A DNA stretch of 64,000 nt, from positions 13,747 to 77,746 of the forward strand of contig CACBYC010000002.1 in NCBI GenBank assembly GCA_902543405.1, given 5' to 3'. Position numbers and translations under genes: made by a program. The notes under the pieces were generated by a model that was given only the letters and a program-made list of their open reading frames with translations, was not told the DNA's origin and did no database searches. Shown one piece after another: positions 19,706 to 30,020 of the stretch; position 1 is the stretch's first letter; each line of letters starts with the position of its first letter. Source of the stretch: an uncultured Pelagibacteraceae bacterium (GTDB lineage Bacteria; Pseudomonadota; Alphaproteobacteria; Pelagibacterales; Pelagibacteraceae).

Positions 19706-20283
19706 TGAAAAAATTTTTATCAATAATTTTCTTTCTTATTTCTGCAAACAGCTTTGCAAATTCGCCAAATTTTGAAAGAGCTTATTTTGCTGGAGGGTGT
19801 TTTTGGTGCATGGAAGAGTCTTTTGAAAATATTCTTGGTGTTTCAAAAGTTATCTCTGGTTATTCAGGTGGCACTACAGAAAATCCAACTTATAAAGAAG
19901 TTACATATGGAAACACAGGTCATTTTGAAGTTATTGAAGTCATATATATTCCAGAAGTAGTTAGCTATGAAAAACTCTTAGAAGAATTCTGGGTAAATAT
20001 TGATCCATTTGATGCTGTAGGACAATTTTGTGACAAGGGATATAGTTATAGATCAGTGGCATTTTATCAAAATGATAAGCAAAAAAACTTAATAGAAAAT
20101 AGTATTAAGGAAATAGAGAAAAAATTTAAAAAAAAAGTAGTAACTTATGTAAGAAAATTTGATAAATTTTACATGGCAGAGGCTGTTCATCAAGATTATT
20201 ACCAAATAAATTTTCTTAATTACTTAAGATATAAAAAAGGATGTAGACGCGAAGCAATATTAAATAGTATTTGGGGATCTTAA
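19705..20283 (+). CDS. msrA: Peptide-methionine (S)-S-oxide reductase, exported
   Basis: FAGGCFWC, GYSGG, GHFE, HQDYY; N-terminal signal peptide. Confidence 0.95.
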   Translation: MKKFLSIIFFLISANSFANSPNFERAYFAGGCFWCMEESFENILGVSKVISGYSGGTTENPTYKEVTYGNTGHFEVIEVIYIPEVVSYEKLLEEFWVNIDPFDAVGQFCDKGYSYRSVAFYQNDKQKNLIENSIKEIEKKFKKKVVTYVRKFDKFYMAEAVHQDYYQINFLNYLRYKKGCRREAILNSIWGS

Positions 20284-21291
20284 ATGTCTGTAGTCAGTAA
20301 ATACGTATCTTTAAAAAATTATATTCCAACTGGCTTACCGAAAGAGACAGATTTTGAAATAAAATCAAAAGAAATTTCAATTAATGATGAAAAAAATATT
20401 TTAGTATCAAATTCATGGATATCAGTTGATCCATACATGCGTGCAAGAATGACTGAGAGAAAAAATTATAAACCACCATTTAAAATCGGTGAGGAAATGG
20501 AAGGATATGCAATTGGCAAAGTAGAACTCTCAAATGATAAAGATTTTAGTGTTGGAGATTTAGTATTTAGCAGTCTTGGTATGAGAGATAAATTTGTTTG
20601 TAGTTCTGATGAACTAAAGAAACTAAAACCAATTGATATGCCTATACAGTCGTACTTGGGTCCACTTGGAATGACAGGACATACAGCTTACATTGGACTT
20701 TTCAAACATGGAGAATTGAAATCTGGGCAAACTATATTAGTCTCCTCTGCTGGAGGTAGTGTTGGATCTACAGTTTGCCAAATTGCAAAAAATCTTGGTT
20801 GTAAAGTTATTGCAAGCACAGGGTCTGATGAAAAAGTTGATTGGTTAAAAAATGAATTAAAAGTTGATCATGCTTTTAATTATAAGAAAGTAGAAAACCT
20901 TGTATTACATTTCAAGGAAATTTGTCCTGATGGTTTTGATCTCTATTTTGATAATGTTGGTGGAGACTTTTTAGAGTCCGCTATTTTCCAAATGAAAACA
21001 TATGGTCGTATTGTGATTTGTGGAAGAATTTCACAGATGAATGCAACAAATCCTGGATCTGGTTTGAAAAATATGGCTTATGTTTTAGTAAAAAGACTTA
21101 CAATTAAAGGATTTCTTATTTTTGATCACGATAATGAGAGAGAGCCATTTGAAACTGAAATGTCAAAATGGTTGGCGGATGGTAAAATAAAATTTAAAGA
21201 AACTATCTACGAAGGAATAGAGAATGCTCCAAAGTCATTTATTGATTTATTAAATGGTAAAAATATTGGCAAAATGCTTGTCAGAATTTAG
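20284..21291 (+). CDS. NADP-dependent oxidoreductase (CurA/YncB, PTGR1-like)
   Basis: SVDPYMR, LGMTGHTAY, YFDNVGG, NIGKMLV. Confidence 0.9.
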   Translation: MSVVSKYVSLKNYIPTGLPKETDFEIKSKEISINDEKNILVSNSWISVDPYMRARMTERKNYKPPFKIGEEMEGYAIGKVELSNDKDFSVGDLVFSSLGMRDKFVCSSDELKKLKPIDMPIQSYLGPLGMTGHTAYIGLFKHGELKSGQTILVSSAGGSVGSTVCQIAKNLGCKVIASTGSDEKVDWLKNELKVDHAFNYKKVENLVLHFKEICPDGFDLYFDNVGGDFLESAIFQMKTYGRIVICGRISQMNATNPGSGLKNMAYVLVKRLTIKGFLIFDHDNEREPFETEMSKWLADGKIKFKETIYEGIENAPKSFIDLLNGKNIGKMLVRI

Positions 21292-21323
21292 TTAGAAAAT
21301 TTGTGACTTTAAATCCTCAATAA

Positions 21324-22172
21324 ATGATTAAAACATTTCCTTTACTATTTATATTGCTATGGTCATCTGCATTCATCTCAGGTGATATTATAGTTCAGAA
21401 TGCATCACCTTTTGCAGCACTTGCCTTTAGATTTGGAATTGTAACTATAGGTTTCTTCTTATTCGCATTACTTAAAAAAGAGATAATTTTTACAAAAGTG
21501 AGATATATATTAGAAAGTATAACTACAGGTGTATTATTTCATGGATTATATCTTGGTGGTTGTTGGTACGCGTTTCATGTAGGAGTCCCTGCAAGTGTTG
21601 TGGCTTTAATAGTTACTCTTCAGCCAATATTAACTAACTTATTATCAGGACCAATTTATAAGGAAGTAATAGGGTGGAGACAGTGGGTTGGTATTATATT
21701 TGGTTTTATTGGCTCTTTACTAGTGCTTGGGGTTGATTTTGGAGACGAGTTCCCAAAGGATGGACTTGTAACTTGTTTTATAGCTCTTGCTGCAATTACT
21801 ACAGGAACTTTGTGGCAAAAAAAATTAAGTGGTAATGTTCCATTATCAGTTAATAATGGATTTCAAGCTTTTGGTGGCTGTGCTTTTAATTTAATTTTAA
21901 TATTAACATTTGAAACTCCTTATATAAATTTTACAACAGGATTTTTATTAGGAATGACACATCAAATTATTCTTGTGTCATTTGGAGCCTTCACAATTTT
22001 AATGTTTTTAATAAAAGCAGGCTCAGTGAGTAAAACTTCAACATTATTTTTTCTTGTCCCTCCTACAACAGCTGTAATGGCTTATTTATTTTTAGGAGAA
22101 AAATTATCTAATGTTGATATAGCGGGGTTTATACTTGCAACAATTGGTGTTTATATTGCTACTAGAAAGTAA
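21324..22172 (+). CDS. DMT/EamA family transporter
   Basis: FILLWSSAF, LQPILT, FFLVPP...LGEKL. Confidence 0.88.
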   Translation: MIKTFPLLFILLWSSAFISGDIIVQNASPFAALAFRFGIVTIGFFLFALLKKEIIFTKVRYILESITTGVLFHGLYLGGCWYAFHVGVPASVVALIVTLQPILTNLLSGPIYKEVIGWRQWVGIIFGFIGSLLVLGVDFGDEFPKDGLVTCFIALAAITTGTLWQKKLSGNVPLSVNNGFQAFGGCAFNLILILTFETPYINFTTGFLLGMTHQIILVSFGAFTILMFLIKAGSVSKTSTLFFLVPPTTAVMAYLFLGEKLSNVDIAGFILATIGVYIATRK

Positions 22173-22352
22173 GTGAAAATTTTAAATTTTATAAAAAAAT
22201 TTTATCGACCTTTTGTGTTAACTTATCTTTTTTTTTCAATTGGGATAAGTTTTTATCCATCCTTTGAATTTTACTCGTTTAAAGGACAATTATTGATTTT
22301 AGCTGTATCTATATTTAACGGAATACTAGGAGTTTATATTAAAAAATTATAA
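22173..22352 (+). CDS. Possible small two-TM protein, 59 aa (not in ORF track)
   Basis: GTG directly after the DMT stop; VKILNFIKKFYRPFVLTYLFFSIGISF...LLILAVSIFNGILGVYIKKL*. Confidence 0.4.
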   Translation: MKILNFIKKFYRPFVLTYLFFSIGISFYPSFEFYSFKGQLLILAVSIFNGILGVYIKKL

Positions 22353-23450
22353 AACGTAAGGTTCTGGTCTAGCATTACTTTTTAAAACTCTTTCTACATC
22401 AAAAACACTTATATCTATTGATTGGTAGCTACCTGTTGTAATCAATTCAGTCAGAGCCCTTCCAATACCTGGTGCTTGCATTAAACCTCTTCCAGTGAAA
22501 CCAGAGGCTAAATAAACATTGTCATATTTTGGATGTTTGCCTACAACTGCGTTGTTATCAAGTTTATTACAATCATAAAATCCTGCCCAACCACCGGTTA
22601 ATTTTAGTTCTTCAAAGGCTGGAACTCTTTTTGCCAGAGCAGGCCAAACTAATTCTTCAAAATCATTCCATGCTGGTTCTAAATCTTTCGCATCGAATAC
22701 AGATATAGGTGAACCTGCTAAAAATTCTTTACCCTCTGGTCTCCAATATACGCCAGTTGTTAAATCTCCAGTTAATGGCATATCAGGAAAATGTTTTGGA
22801 CATTTTACTCTGAATACAGTGTGCTTTTGTGGTTCTACTGGAATATCTGACAATAATTCTTTAGTCCAGCATCCTGCTGCTGAAATAATAGTTTTTGCAT
22901 TAATCTCTGATAAATTTTTAACCTCACCTTTAAGAAACTCTGCCCCTAACTCAATTGCTTTACTTTTTAAAGCACTATGAAACATAAAAGGATCAATCCA
23001 ACCCTCACTTTTGTTGTCAGTATATGTTGCTGTTTCTATACCTTCATTATTAATGTATGGAAATATTTTATTTAATTCTGAACCTTTAATATTTTTTGTG
23101 CCTGCATCGCATTCTCTATGATTTTCTAATGCTCGGTATTGTTCTTCTGCATGTTCTGGTCCAAACATTAAAAGGTATCCATTAGGAACCATGCTTGCCG
23201 TTGGGTTTGGATTTTTTTTTGTTTTTAATAATTCTGGTATTTTAAAAATGAATTCTCTAGCAAACTTACCTAAAAGTATATTTTCTTTTTGAAAAAATTG
23301 TCTTCTAAATCCACCTAAAGATAAAGGAAATGAGGCAGTCTTATATGTAGGGTCTCTCTCAATTACCTTAACTTTTCTACCTTCCATTGATAAAAAGTAT
23401 GCAGTTGCAGCGCCTATTATACCTCCACCAACTATGACGACATCATCCAT
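22347..23450 (-). CDS. FAD-dependent oxidoreductase (DAO/sarcosine oxidase beta/FOXRED1-like)
   Basis: IVGGGIIG, GGFRRQF, WAGFYD, GFTGRGLMQAPG. Confidence 0.88.
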   Translation of the reverse strand: MDDVVIVGGGIIGAATAYFLSMEGRKVKVIERDPTYKTASFPLSLGGFRRQFFQKENILLGKFAREFIFKIPELLKTKKNPNPTASMVPNGYLLMFGPEHAEEQYRALENHRECDAGTKNIKGSELNKIFPYINNEGIETATYTDNKSEGWIDPFMFHSALKSKAIELGAEFLKGEVKNLSEINAKTIISAAGCWTKELLSDIPVEPQKHTVFRVKCPKHFPDMPLTGDLTTGVYWRPEGKEFLAGSPISVFDAKDLEPAWNDFEELVWPALAKRVPAFEELKLTGGWAGFYDCNKLDNNAVVGKHPKYDNVYLASGFTGRGLMQAPGIGRALTELITTGSYQSIDISVFDVERVLKSNARPEPYVL

Positions 23451-23465
23451 AAATTTTAATATATA

Positions 23466-24530
23466 CTATTTTCTTTGCATTAACCATAAAGCATCTTGAG
23501 ATAAAAAATAAATTTTTCCGTTAGAGGGATGCACTTGAATGTCTCTAATTCTTCCAATTTTATTTTTAAAAATAACCTCTTCTTTTACATTTGATAAGTC
23601 ATCAAATATCAGTTTTCTTAAGGATTTATCTTTTAAAGAAGTGATTAAAGCATGACTATTCCACTCATTAAACTCGTCACCTTTATAAATAGTTATTGCG
23701 CTAGTTGCTATTGAGGGTACCCAATATTGAATAGCTTTTGTAAATCCAGGTTTCCATTTTGGGCCAATTGGAATTCCAGAATAATTGGTTCCTCCCCATC
23801 CTAAAATTTTCCATCCATAATTTTCACCTTTTTTAACTTCTCCGAACCAATCTCCACCTTTTGCCCCATGATTACTCATGTAAACTTTTCCATCAAATTC
23901 AGAAAGTGCCATCCCTTGAGGATTTCTAATTCCAATTTGATAAATCTCTGGCAACCAATCTACCATACCCTCAAACTTTGGATTATCTTTTGGTATACTT
24001 CCATCTAAATGAATTCTTATAATACTACCTGGATGCTTTGAGGCGTCTTGTGCAATCATACCTTGTCCTCTCTCACCCGCAGAAGCAAATATAAAATTAT
24101 CTTTGATAACTAATCTTGATCCAAAATGATAACCAGAGTCTATTGGGGGATTTGCTTGAAAAATATTTTTAAAGTTTAATTGTTTCTTATTAAATTCTGC
24201 TTTTGCAATAGAAGTGCTAGTTTTATATCCACCTCTATCTTCAGTATATGAAATCCAAATATTATTGTCTTTATGAATAATATCTAATAAGCCTCCTTGA
24301 CCATGGACAACAAAGTTAAGTTGATGACTAATTTCTTGAACTTCTTTAGATAAAATATTTACAATTTTTATTTTGCCACTTTTTTCTGTAATTATTATTT
24401 CATTATTATTAATAAAAGAGGATCCCCAAGGTGAATCTAGGTTAACTAATTTTTCTAATTTAAAGTTTTGTGAATACGATTTTGGGGCAAATACGAAAAA
24501 AAAAATTAAAACGTATATTATTTTTTTCAC
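23466..24530 (-). CDS. PQQ-dependent glucose/sorbosone dehydrogenase (YliI-like), exported
   Basis: GQGGLLD, HFGSRL, GIRNPQG, NYGW, GRIRD; GTG 24530 gives a clean signal peptide. Confidence 0.88.
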   Translation of the reverse strand: MKKIIYVLIFFFVFAPKSYSQNFKLEKLVNLDSPWGSSFINNNEIIITEKSGKIKIVNILSKEVQEISHQLNFVVHGQGGLLDIIHKDNNIWISYTEDRGGYKTSTSIAKAEFNKKQLNFKNIFQANPPIDSGYHFGSRLVIKDNFIFASAGERGQGMIAQDASKHPGSIIRIHLDGSIPKDNPKFEGMVDWLPEIYQIGIRNPQGMALSEFDGKVYMSNHGAKGGDWFGEVKKGENYGWKILGWGGTNYSGIPIGPKWKPGFTKAIQYWVPSIATSAITIYKGDEFNEWNSHALITSLKDKSLRKLIFDDLSNVKEEVIFKNKIGRIRDIQVHPSNGKIYFLSQDALWLMQRK

Positions 24531-24531
24531 T

Positions 24532-25242
24532 TTATGAAAGTTTTGATCTTCCACCATCAACTGCAATTATTTGACCCGTTACCCAGGAACTTTCCTCGGT
24601 AAGTAAAAATTTTGCTAAAGCTGCTCCATCTTTACCCTCACCTAGTCTTTTAAGTGGGTGGGCTTTAGCTATTCCTTGAGCAATTGCTGTATTTTTTAAC
24701 ATTGGTTGAGCTATCTTAGAATTAGTTAAACTTAGAGCAACACTGTTAACTCTTATGTTTGGAGCAAATTCAGCTGCTAATGATACAGTTAGTCCCTCAA
24801 TAGCTGCTTTGGTTGATGCTATTATTGAATGATTTGTAAAACCTCTTTGAGCTGCAACTGTTGAAAATAAAACAATTGAACCATTATTTTGTTTTAGGTT
24901 ATCTTGATATCCTTTGATTAAGTCCACCGCAGAATAAAAATTAAGTTTCATACATTTATTGAAATCATTCTCAGTTGCCATCTTTAAAGGCTTCAAATCT
25001 ATAGATCCAACACAATATGCTACACCTTTGATTTCTGATATGTCTGATTTAATTGTATCCACGAACCCCTCGTGTAATACATCTGCCACAGTATAAGAAG
25101 AGTTCAATTTCTCAGCTAAATTTTTAAGTTGACTTTCATCTCTTCCAACTAAATGAATTTCTTTACCAGAAGAATACATTTGCTCTGCTAAATTAGATCC
25201 GATAGAACCTGTCGCACCGACAATTAGATATTTTTCTGACAT
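24532..25242 (-). CDS. SDR family oxidoreductase
   Basis: VGATGSIG, NIRVN, VTGQIIAVDGG. Confidence 0.88.
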   Translation of the reverse strand: MSEKYLIVGATGSIGSNLAEQMYSSGKEIHLVGRDESQLKNLAEKLNSSYTVADVLHEGFVDTIKSDISEIKGVAYCVGSIDLKPLKMATENDFNKCMKLNFYSAVDLIKGYQDNLKQNNGSIVLFSTVAAQRGFTNHSIIASTKAAIEGLTVSLAAEFAPNIRVNSVALSLTNSKIAQPMLKNTAIAQGIAKAHPLKRLGEGKDGAALAKFLLTEESSWVTGQIIAVDGGRSKLS

Positions 25243-25252
25243 ATAATAATTA

Positions 25253-26749
25253 ATGAAATTATTTTTTATACTTGGAAATCAGTTATTTCCATTAAAAAAC
25301 CTCGACCGCTTCAAAAAAGACCACCTATTTTTTATGTCAGAAGACTACCAATTATGTACATATGAAAGACATCATAAATTAAAAATTCTACTATTTTTAT
25401 CTTCAATGAGATCTTATGCGGATAAATTGAAGGAAAATAAATTTAAGCTTAATTACTCAAAAATTGATTCTACTGATTTTAAAAAGGACTATACGAAGAA
25501 ATTAGAAAAATTGTTAAAGATGAATAAGATAAAAGAAGTAACTAGTTTTGAAATAGAGGATAAATTTTTTGAAACAAAAATAAATAATTTTTTAAAAAAA
25601 CAAAATATTCAGTGGAATATAATTCGATCGCCAATGTTTTTAGATAGTCGTGAAGATTTTAAAAAATATTTATCAAAAACAAAAAAACCCTTTATGGCAA
25701 AGTTTTATAAAGAAAAGCGAGAAAGATTAAACATTTTATTAAACAAAGATGGCACACCAGAGGGAGGAAAATGGAGTTTTGATGAGGATAATAGAAAAAA
25801 ACTGCCAAAAAATATCTTAATACCAAAATTTCCGGAAATTAAAGAAACTAAACATACAAAAAGTTTAAAACCAATTATTGAAAAATTATTTAGTAAACAT
25901 CCAGGTGATACCAAAAAATTTTGGTTTGCAACTGAATATAAAGATATTTCAAAATTATTAGATTTTTTTATTAAAGATAAGTTAAACCTATTTGGTGATT
26001 ACGAAGATGCTGTTGATCAAAAAAATAATATTTTATTTCACAGTGCTCTTAGTCCGTATTTAAATCTAGGTTTAATAACTCCAGATATTATCATTCAAAA
26101 AATAATGACTTATCACCATAGTAAGAGTGTGAGACTAAATTCTTTAGAAGGTTATATAAGACAAATAATTGGTTGGAGAGAGTTTATGAGAGGAATATAT
26201 CAAAATTATAGTAAAGAAATGGAAAGTGGAAATTTCTTTAAACATAATAGAAAAATGAAAGACACATTCTATGATGGCAGCACTGGTTTGGATCCTTTAG
26301 ATCATGCAATTAAAAATGCTAGCAAATTTGGTTGGTCGCACCACATTGAAAGATTAATGATATTGTCAAATATTATGAATTTATGCGAAGTTGAACCAAA
26401 ATCAGTTTATAAATGGTTCATGGAAATGTTTGTGGACTCATCTGATTGGGTTATGGTTCCAAATGTTTATGGAATGGGTTTGTTTAGTGATGGTGGAATT
26501 TTCGCAACTAAGCCTTATATCTGTGGATCAAGTTATTTTATGAAAATGATGGATTTTAAAAGGGGCAACTGGTGTAATGTTATGGATGGTCTTTATTGGC
26601 GTTTCATAGATAGAAATAGAAAATTTTTTTTGAAAAATCCAAGGTTGTCTATGATGGTAAGAATTTTTGATAAAATGAAAGAAGATAGAAAAAAATTAAT
26701 ATTATCAGAAGCAAACAAATTCATTAAAGATAATACTTATGGGAATTAA
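25253..26749 (+). CDS. Bacterial cryptochrome/(6-4) photolyase (PhrB/CryB class)
   Basis: ILGNQLF, GGKWSFD..NR, FGDYEDA, RQIIGWREF, HHIERLM, WVMVPNVYGM. Confidence 0.92.
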   Translation: MKLFFILGNQLFPLKNLDRFKKDHLFFMSEDYQLCTYERHHKLKILLFLSSMRSYADKLKENKFKLNYSKIDSTDFKKDYTKKLEKLLKMNKIKEVTSFEIEDKFFETKINNFLKKQNIQWNIIRSPMFLDSREDFKKYLSKTKKPFMAKFYKEKRERLNILLNKDGTPEGGKWSFDEDNRKKLPKNILIPKFPEIKETKHTKSLKPIIEKLFSKHPGDTKKFWFATEYKDISKLLDFFIKDKLNLFGDYEDAVDQKNNILFHSALSPYLNLGLITPDIIIQKIMTYHHSKSVRLNSLEGYIRQIIGWREFMRGIYQNYSKEMESGNFFKHNRKMKDTFYDGSTGLDPLDHAIKNASKFGWSHHIERLMILSNIMNLCEVEPKSVYKWFMEMFVDSSDWVMVPNVYGMGLFSDGGIFATKPYICGSSYFMKMMDFKRGNWCNVMDGLYWRFIDRNRKFFLKNPRLSMMVRIFDKMKEDRKKLILSEANKFIKDNTYGN

Positions 26750-27110
26750 AGTTTATTTTAACGATTCTTGCAATATTTGTAGAATGGAAATAAATCATTA
26801 TAAAAAAATTGCAAATAGTGATTTGGAGTGGATAGATATTACAAATAATGATGAGGCTATAAAAATAACATCTAAGTCGCAAAAAGAGTTGCTCAGAAGG
26901 TTGCATGTAATAAATGATGGTGAAGTTATTGGAGGTGCTAAAGCATTTATTATAATTTGGTCAAAAATACCAAAATATAAAATCCTATCTAAAATTTTTT
27001 CAATAAAACCCTTATTTATTATTTTTCATTATATATACGAAATTGCTGCATTTTTCTTATTTTTAAAAAACAGAAAACAATTAAATGAAAAAACAAAACC
27101 TACCAACTAA
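26739..27110 (+). CDS. DUF393/DCC1-like thiol-disulfide oxidoreductase
   Basis: [13 protein letters not shown] (CxxC), RRLHV, GAKAF...W. Confidence 0.85.
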   Translation: MGIKVYFNDSCNICRMEINHYKKIANSDLEWIDITNNDEAIKITSKSQKELLRRLHVINDGEVIGGAKAFIIIWSKIPKYKILSKIFSIKPLFIIFHYIYEIAAFFLFLKNRKQLNEKTKPTN

Positions 27111-27213
27111 AGTATGTAAAGTTTGTAACAAGCCTTTTTCTTGGAGAAAAAAATGGAAACTTAATTGGGAAAAAGTTAAGTATTGCTCTAAGAGATGCGC
27201 TTCTAGTAATTAA
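27085..27213 (+). CDS. DUF2256 small Cys-rich protein, 42 aa (not in ORF track)
   Basis: [42 protein letters not shown]; family usually found beside this photolyase class. Confidence 0.85.
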   Translation: MKKQNLPTKVCKVCNKPFSWRKKWKLNWEKVKYCSKRCASSN

Positions 27214-27507
27214 TTATTGTGTATTGCTTTTTCTAGGGTCTTTAAGTGATTTTAATATTTTTGATATCCCCGTAATTTTTAAACTATAATAAATCACATA
27301 AATTAAAGTTAGTCCTAAAGCCATGGTAGATAGAAACACAAAGATGGCTGTCAAAATTTTTTCTTGGAACCAGTTCTCTACTCCAGAGTTGGAATAATAA
27401 AGAATATTCCAAAACGCGACGAAAATTAACTCATATATGATTATAATTTTGAACATATGGTTGATATAGTTCTCAATATAATTAATACTATTCAATTCTT
27501 GTCGCAT
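27214..27507 (-). CDS. Small hypothetical membrane protein (true start may be 27456)
   Basis: Two hydrophobic segments; fills the gap. Confidence 0.5.
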   Translation of the reverse strand: MRQELNSINYIENYINHMFKIIIIYELIFVAFWNILYYSNSGVENWFQEKILTAIFVFLSTMALGLTLIYVIYYSLKITGISKILKSLKDPRKSNTQ

Positions 27508-27544
27508 GTCGATAAAAATTTATGAGATAAAACAAAGAAAATAG

Positions 27545-28300
27545 ATGAAAAAAGTAATTTGGATAACTGGCGGTAGCAGTGGAATAGGAAAAGCAGTTGC
27601 ATTAAAGTTTGCAAATAAAGGGTGGCAGGTAATTATATCATCAAGACGTGAGGAAGTCTTAAAAGATATTTCAGATAAAAATGAAAATATTGATTATTTG
27701 AAATTAGATATTGTTGATTATGAAGCATGTAATTCAGTTTTTAAAACAATCGTGGAGAAATACAATAAGGTTGATATTTGTTTTTTTTCTACTGCAATTT
27801 ATGAGCCTGAAAAAGAGAAGGATTTTGATCTTCAGAATATAATTGATGTTACAAATGTGAATTATATTGGAACCATAAACTGTATTAAAGCTGTTGAAAA
27901 ATATTACAAAGAAAAAAGGCAAGGAGTTATATCTATTGTATCTTCTACTGCAGGATACAGAGGATTGCCAAATTCAACTGCCTATGGGCCTGCAAAAGCA
28001 GCTCTTATTAATTTAGCAGAAAGTTTATATCTTGATTTTCAAAGATATGATGTTCGCGTATGTCTAGTCAGCCCTGGATTTATCAAAACAAGACTTACGG
28101 ATAAAAACACATTTAAAATGCCATTTTTAAAAACCACGCAATATGCGGCTGAACAGATTTATGATGGTTTAATAAATAAAAATTCATTTGAAATAGCTTT
28201 TCCTAGAAGTTTATTTTTAATATTAAAATTTTTTAAGATTTTGCCAAATGGGATCTACTTATATTTGATAAGAAAAATGACGAAGCTTCAAAAAAAATAA
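27545..28300 (+). CDS. SDR family oxidoreductase
   Basis: WITGGSSGIG, YGPAKAA, PGFIKT.LT..N.FKMPFL. Confidence 0.9.
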   Translation: MKKVIWITGGSSGIGKAVALKFANKGWQVIISSRREEVLKDISDKNENIDYLKLDIVDYEACNSVFKTIVEKYNKVDICFFSTAIYEPEKEKDFDLQNIIDVTNVNYIGTINCIKAVEKYYKEKRQGVISIVSSTAGYRGLPNSTAYGPAKAALINLAESLYLDFQRYDVRVCLVSPGFIKTRLTDKNTFKMPFLKTTQYAAEQIYDGLINKNSFEIAFPRSLFLILKFFKILPNGIYLYLIRKMTKLQKK

Positions 28301-28302
28301 AT

Positions 28303-28839
28303 TTAATCTTTTACAAACATCACAGTTAATTCTGCAACTTTAATACCAAACTTTGTCATTTTTGCTCTATTAATTGCTACTCTTTCATCTTGCATAAAGA
28401 TCCAATCGTCAAAAGTTATTTTCATTTCTCTTCCTTTTACAGGAACTAACAGTACATATTCAAACTTAAATGCAGGACCATAAGAAAAACCCTTTGCAGT
28501 TCCAACTACGTCTCCAGCAGTGCCTTCATAGTTATGTTCATCGATTTTATTGATTGTCCATTGCCTATTTTGAATTTCTCCATCGTTCCAAACAAATTTT
28601 TCGTCAAGTATTAATTGTTTTCCATCCCACTTTCCATCTAGGTCTGCAGAAAATTGTCTTGTCACTTTACCTGATCTATTTTGTAAAATTCCCCATGCTT
28701 TTACATTTCCAGATAAATACTCTTCTATTATTAATCTAGGTTTTTGGTTTTTGAAATCTTCTGGTTTCATTGCTTGGTTTGATGAACAACTTGTAATCAA
28801 TACTGAGATTATTATCAATAATAAATATTTTATTTTCAT
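28303..28839 (-). CDS. DUF3833 family lipoprotein
   Basis: Lipobox LITSC, AWG..Q.RSG.V.R.F, FDDWIF, KFGIKVAE. Confidence 0.85.
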   Translation of the reverse strand: MKIKYLLLIIISVLITSCSSNQAMKPEDFKNQKPRLIIEEYLSGNVKAWGILQNRSGKVTRQFSADLDGKWDGKQLILDEKFVWNDGEIQNRQWTINKIDEHNYEGTAGDVVGTAKGFSYGPAFKFEYVLLVPVKGREMKITFDDWIFMQDERVAINRAKMTKFGIKVAELTVMFVKD

Positions 28840-28847
28840 AGTATTAT

Positions 28848-30020
28848 TTATTTTTGAAGAGCAAATTGGATCAAGTCTATATTTTTTGATTTAAAACCTG
28901 CTTCACAATAAGATAAATAAAAATTCCACATTCTTTTAAAAGTATTGTCAAAGCCTTGGGATGAAATTTGTTCCCATTTTTCTAAGAACTCTTCTCTCCA
29001 AATATTTAGTGTATTTGAGTAATGATCACCATATGAATTACAATTCTCAAACTTAAGTCCAGATTGATTTGCTAGTTTTACTAACTCATTTTTACTAGGT
29101 AAAAAACCACCAGGAAAAATATATTTTTGGATAAAATCAGTTTTACTTTTATATCTATCATAGATGGAATCATCTATAGTAATTGATTGTATAGCTGCTG
29201 TTCCTCCATCAACTAAGTTTTCTTTGATAGTATTAAAATAGTTTTTTAAATAACTCTGCCCTACTGCTTCTATCATTTCTATAGAAGCTATTGAATTATA
29301 ATTATTTTTAACATCTCTAAAATCTAACATTTGTATATTTATTTTTTCATTCAAACCCTCTTTGTGAATTCTTTCTTTTGAATATTCGTATTGTTTTTTG
29401 GAGATTGTTATACAATCTAACTTTACGTCATAATTTTTTCCAATATATTCTGCAAATCCTCCCCAGCCACAGCCAATCTCAAGCATCTTATCACCTGATT
29501 TAGGCTTAACAAGACTCGAAAGTTTTTTATATTTATTTAACTGAGCTTTTTCCAAATCATTACTATCGTCAAAAATTGCGCTTGAATAAGTTAGGGTTTT
29601 ATCAAGCCATAATGAGAAAAATTCATTCCCTAAATCATAATGTTTTCTAATGTTTTCTTTACTCCTAGATTTATTATTTTTAATAAACAAACCTTTAATT
29701 TTATTAAATATTGAAAGATCGAAAGAGCCAGAAAATTTATGAACTATTTTTATATTTTTTGCCGCAAGCTCTATAAGATTAGTTAAATTATTTGTCTCAA
29801 AATAATTATCCATATATGCTTCTGCCAGACCTACACTTCCATTTTTGATAATTTTAAAAGTTAACCCTGGTTTATTTATTTTTAGATTAGCATTTAATTT
29901 TTCATTACCATTTCCGAAGGTATATTCTTTTCCATCATGGTTTATTATTTTTAAATTTCCATGTTTAATAAATTTTAGTGAGTTAAAGACAATTTTGTCT
30001 GATAATTTATTCAAATTCAC
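28848..30020 (-). CDS. cfa: Cyclopropane-fatty-acyl-phospholipid synthase family methyltransferase (UfaM-like)
   Basis: HYDLGNEFF, LEIGCGWGG, IEMIEAVG, YIFPGG, YLSYCEAGF. Confidence 0.9.
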   Translation of the reverse strand: MNLNKLSDKIVFNSLKFIKHGNLKIINHDGKEYTFGNGNEKLNANLKINKPGLTFKIIKNGSVGLAEAYMDNYFETNNLTNLIELAAKNIKIVHKFSGSFDLSIFNKIKGLFIKNNKSRSKENIRKHYDLGNEFFSLWLDKTLTYSSAIFDDSNDLEKAQLNKYKKLSSLVKPKSGDKMLEIGCGWGGFAEYIGKNYDVKLDCITISKKQYEYSKERIHKEGLNEKINIQMLDFRDVKNNYNSIASIEMIEAVGQSYLKNYFNTIKENLVDGGTAAIQSITIDDSIYDRYKSKTDFIQKYIFPGGFLPSKNELVKLANQSGLKFENCNSYGDHYSNTLNIWREEFLEKWEQISSQGFDNTFKRMWNFYLSYCEAGFKSKNIDLIQFALQK

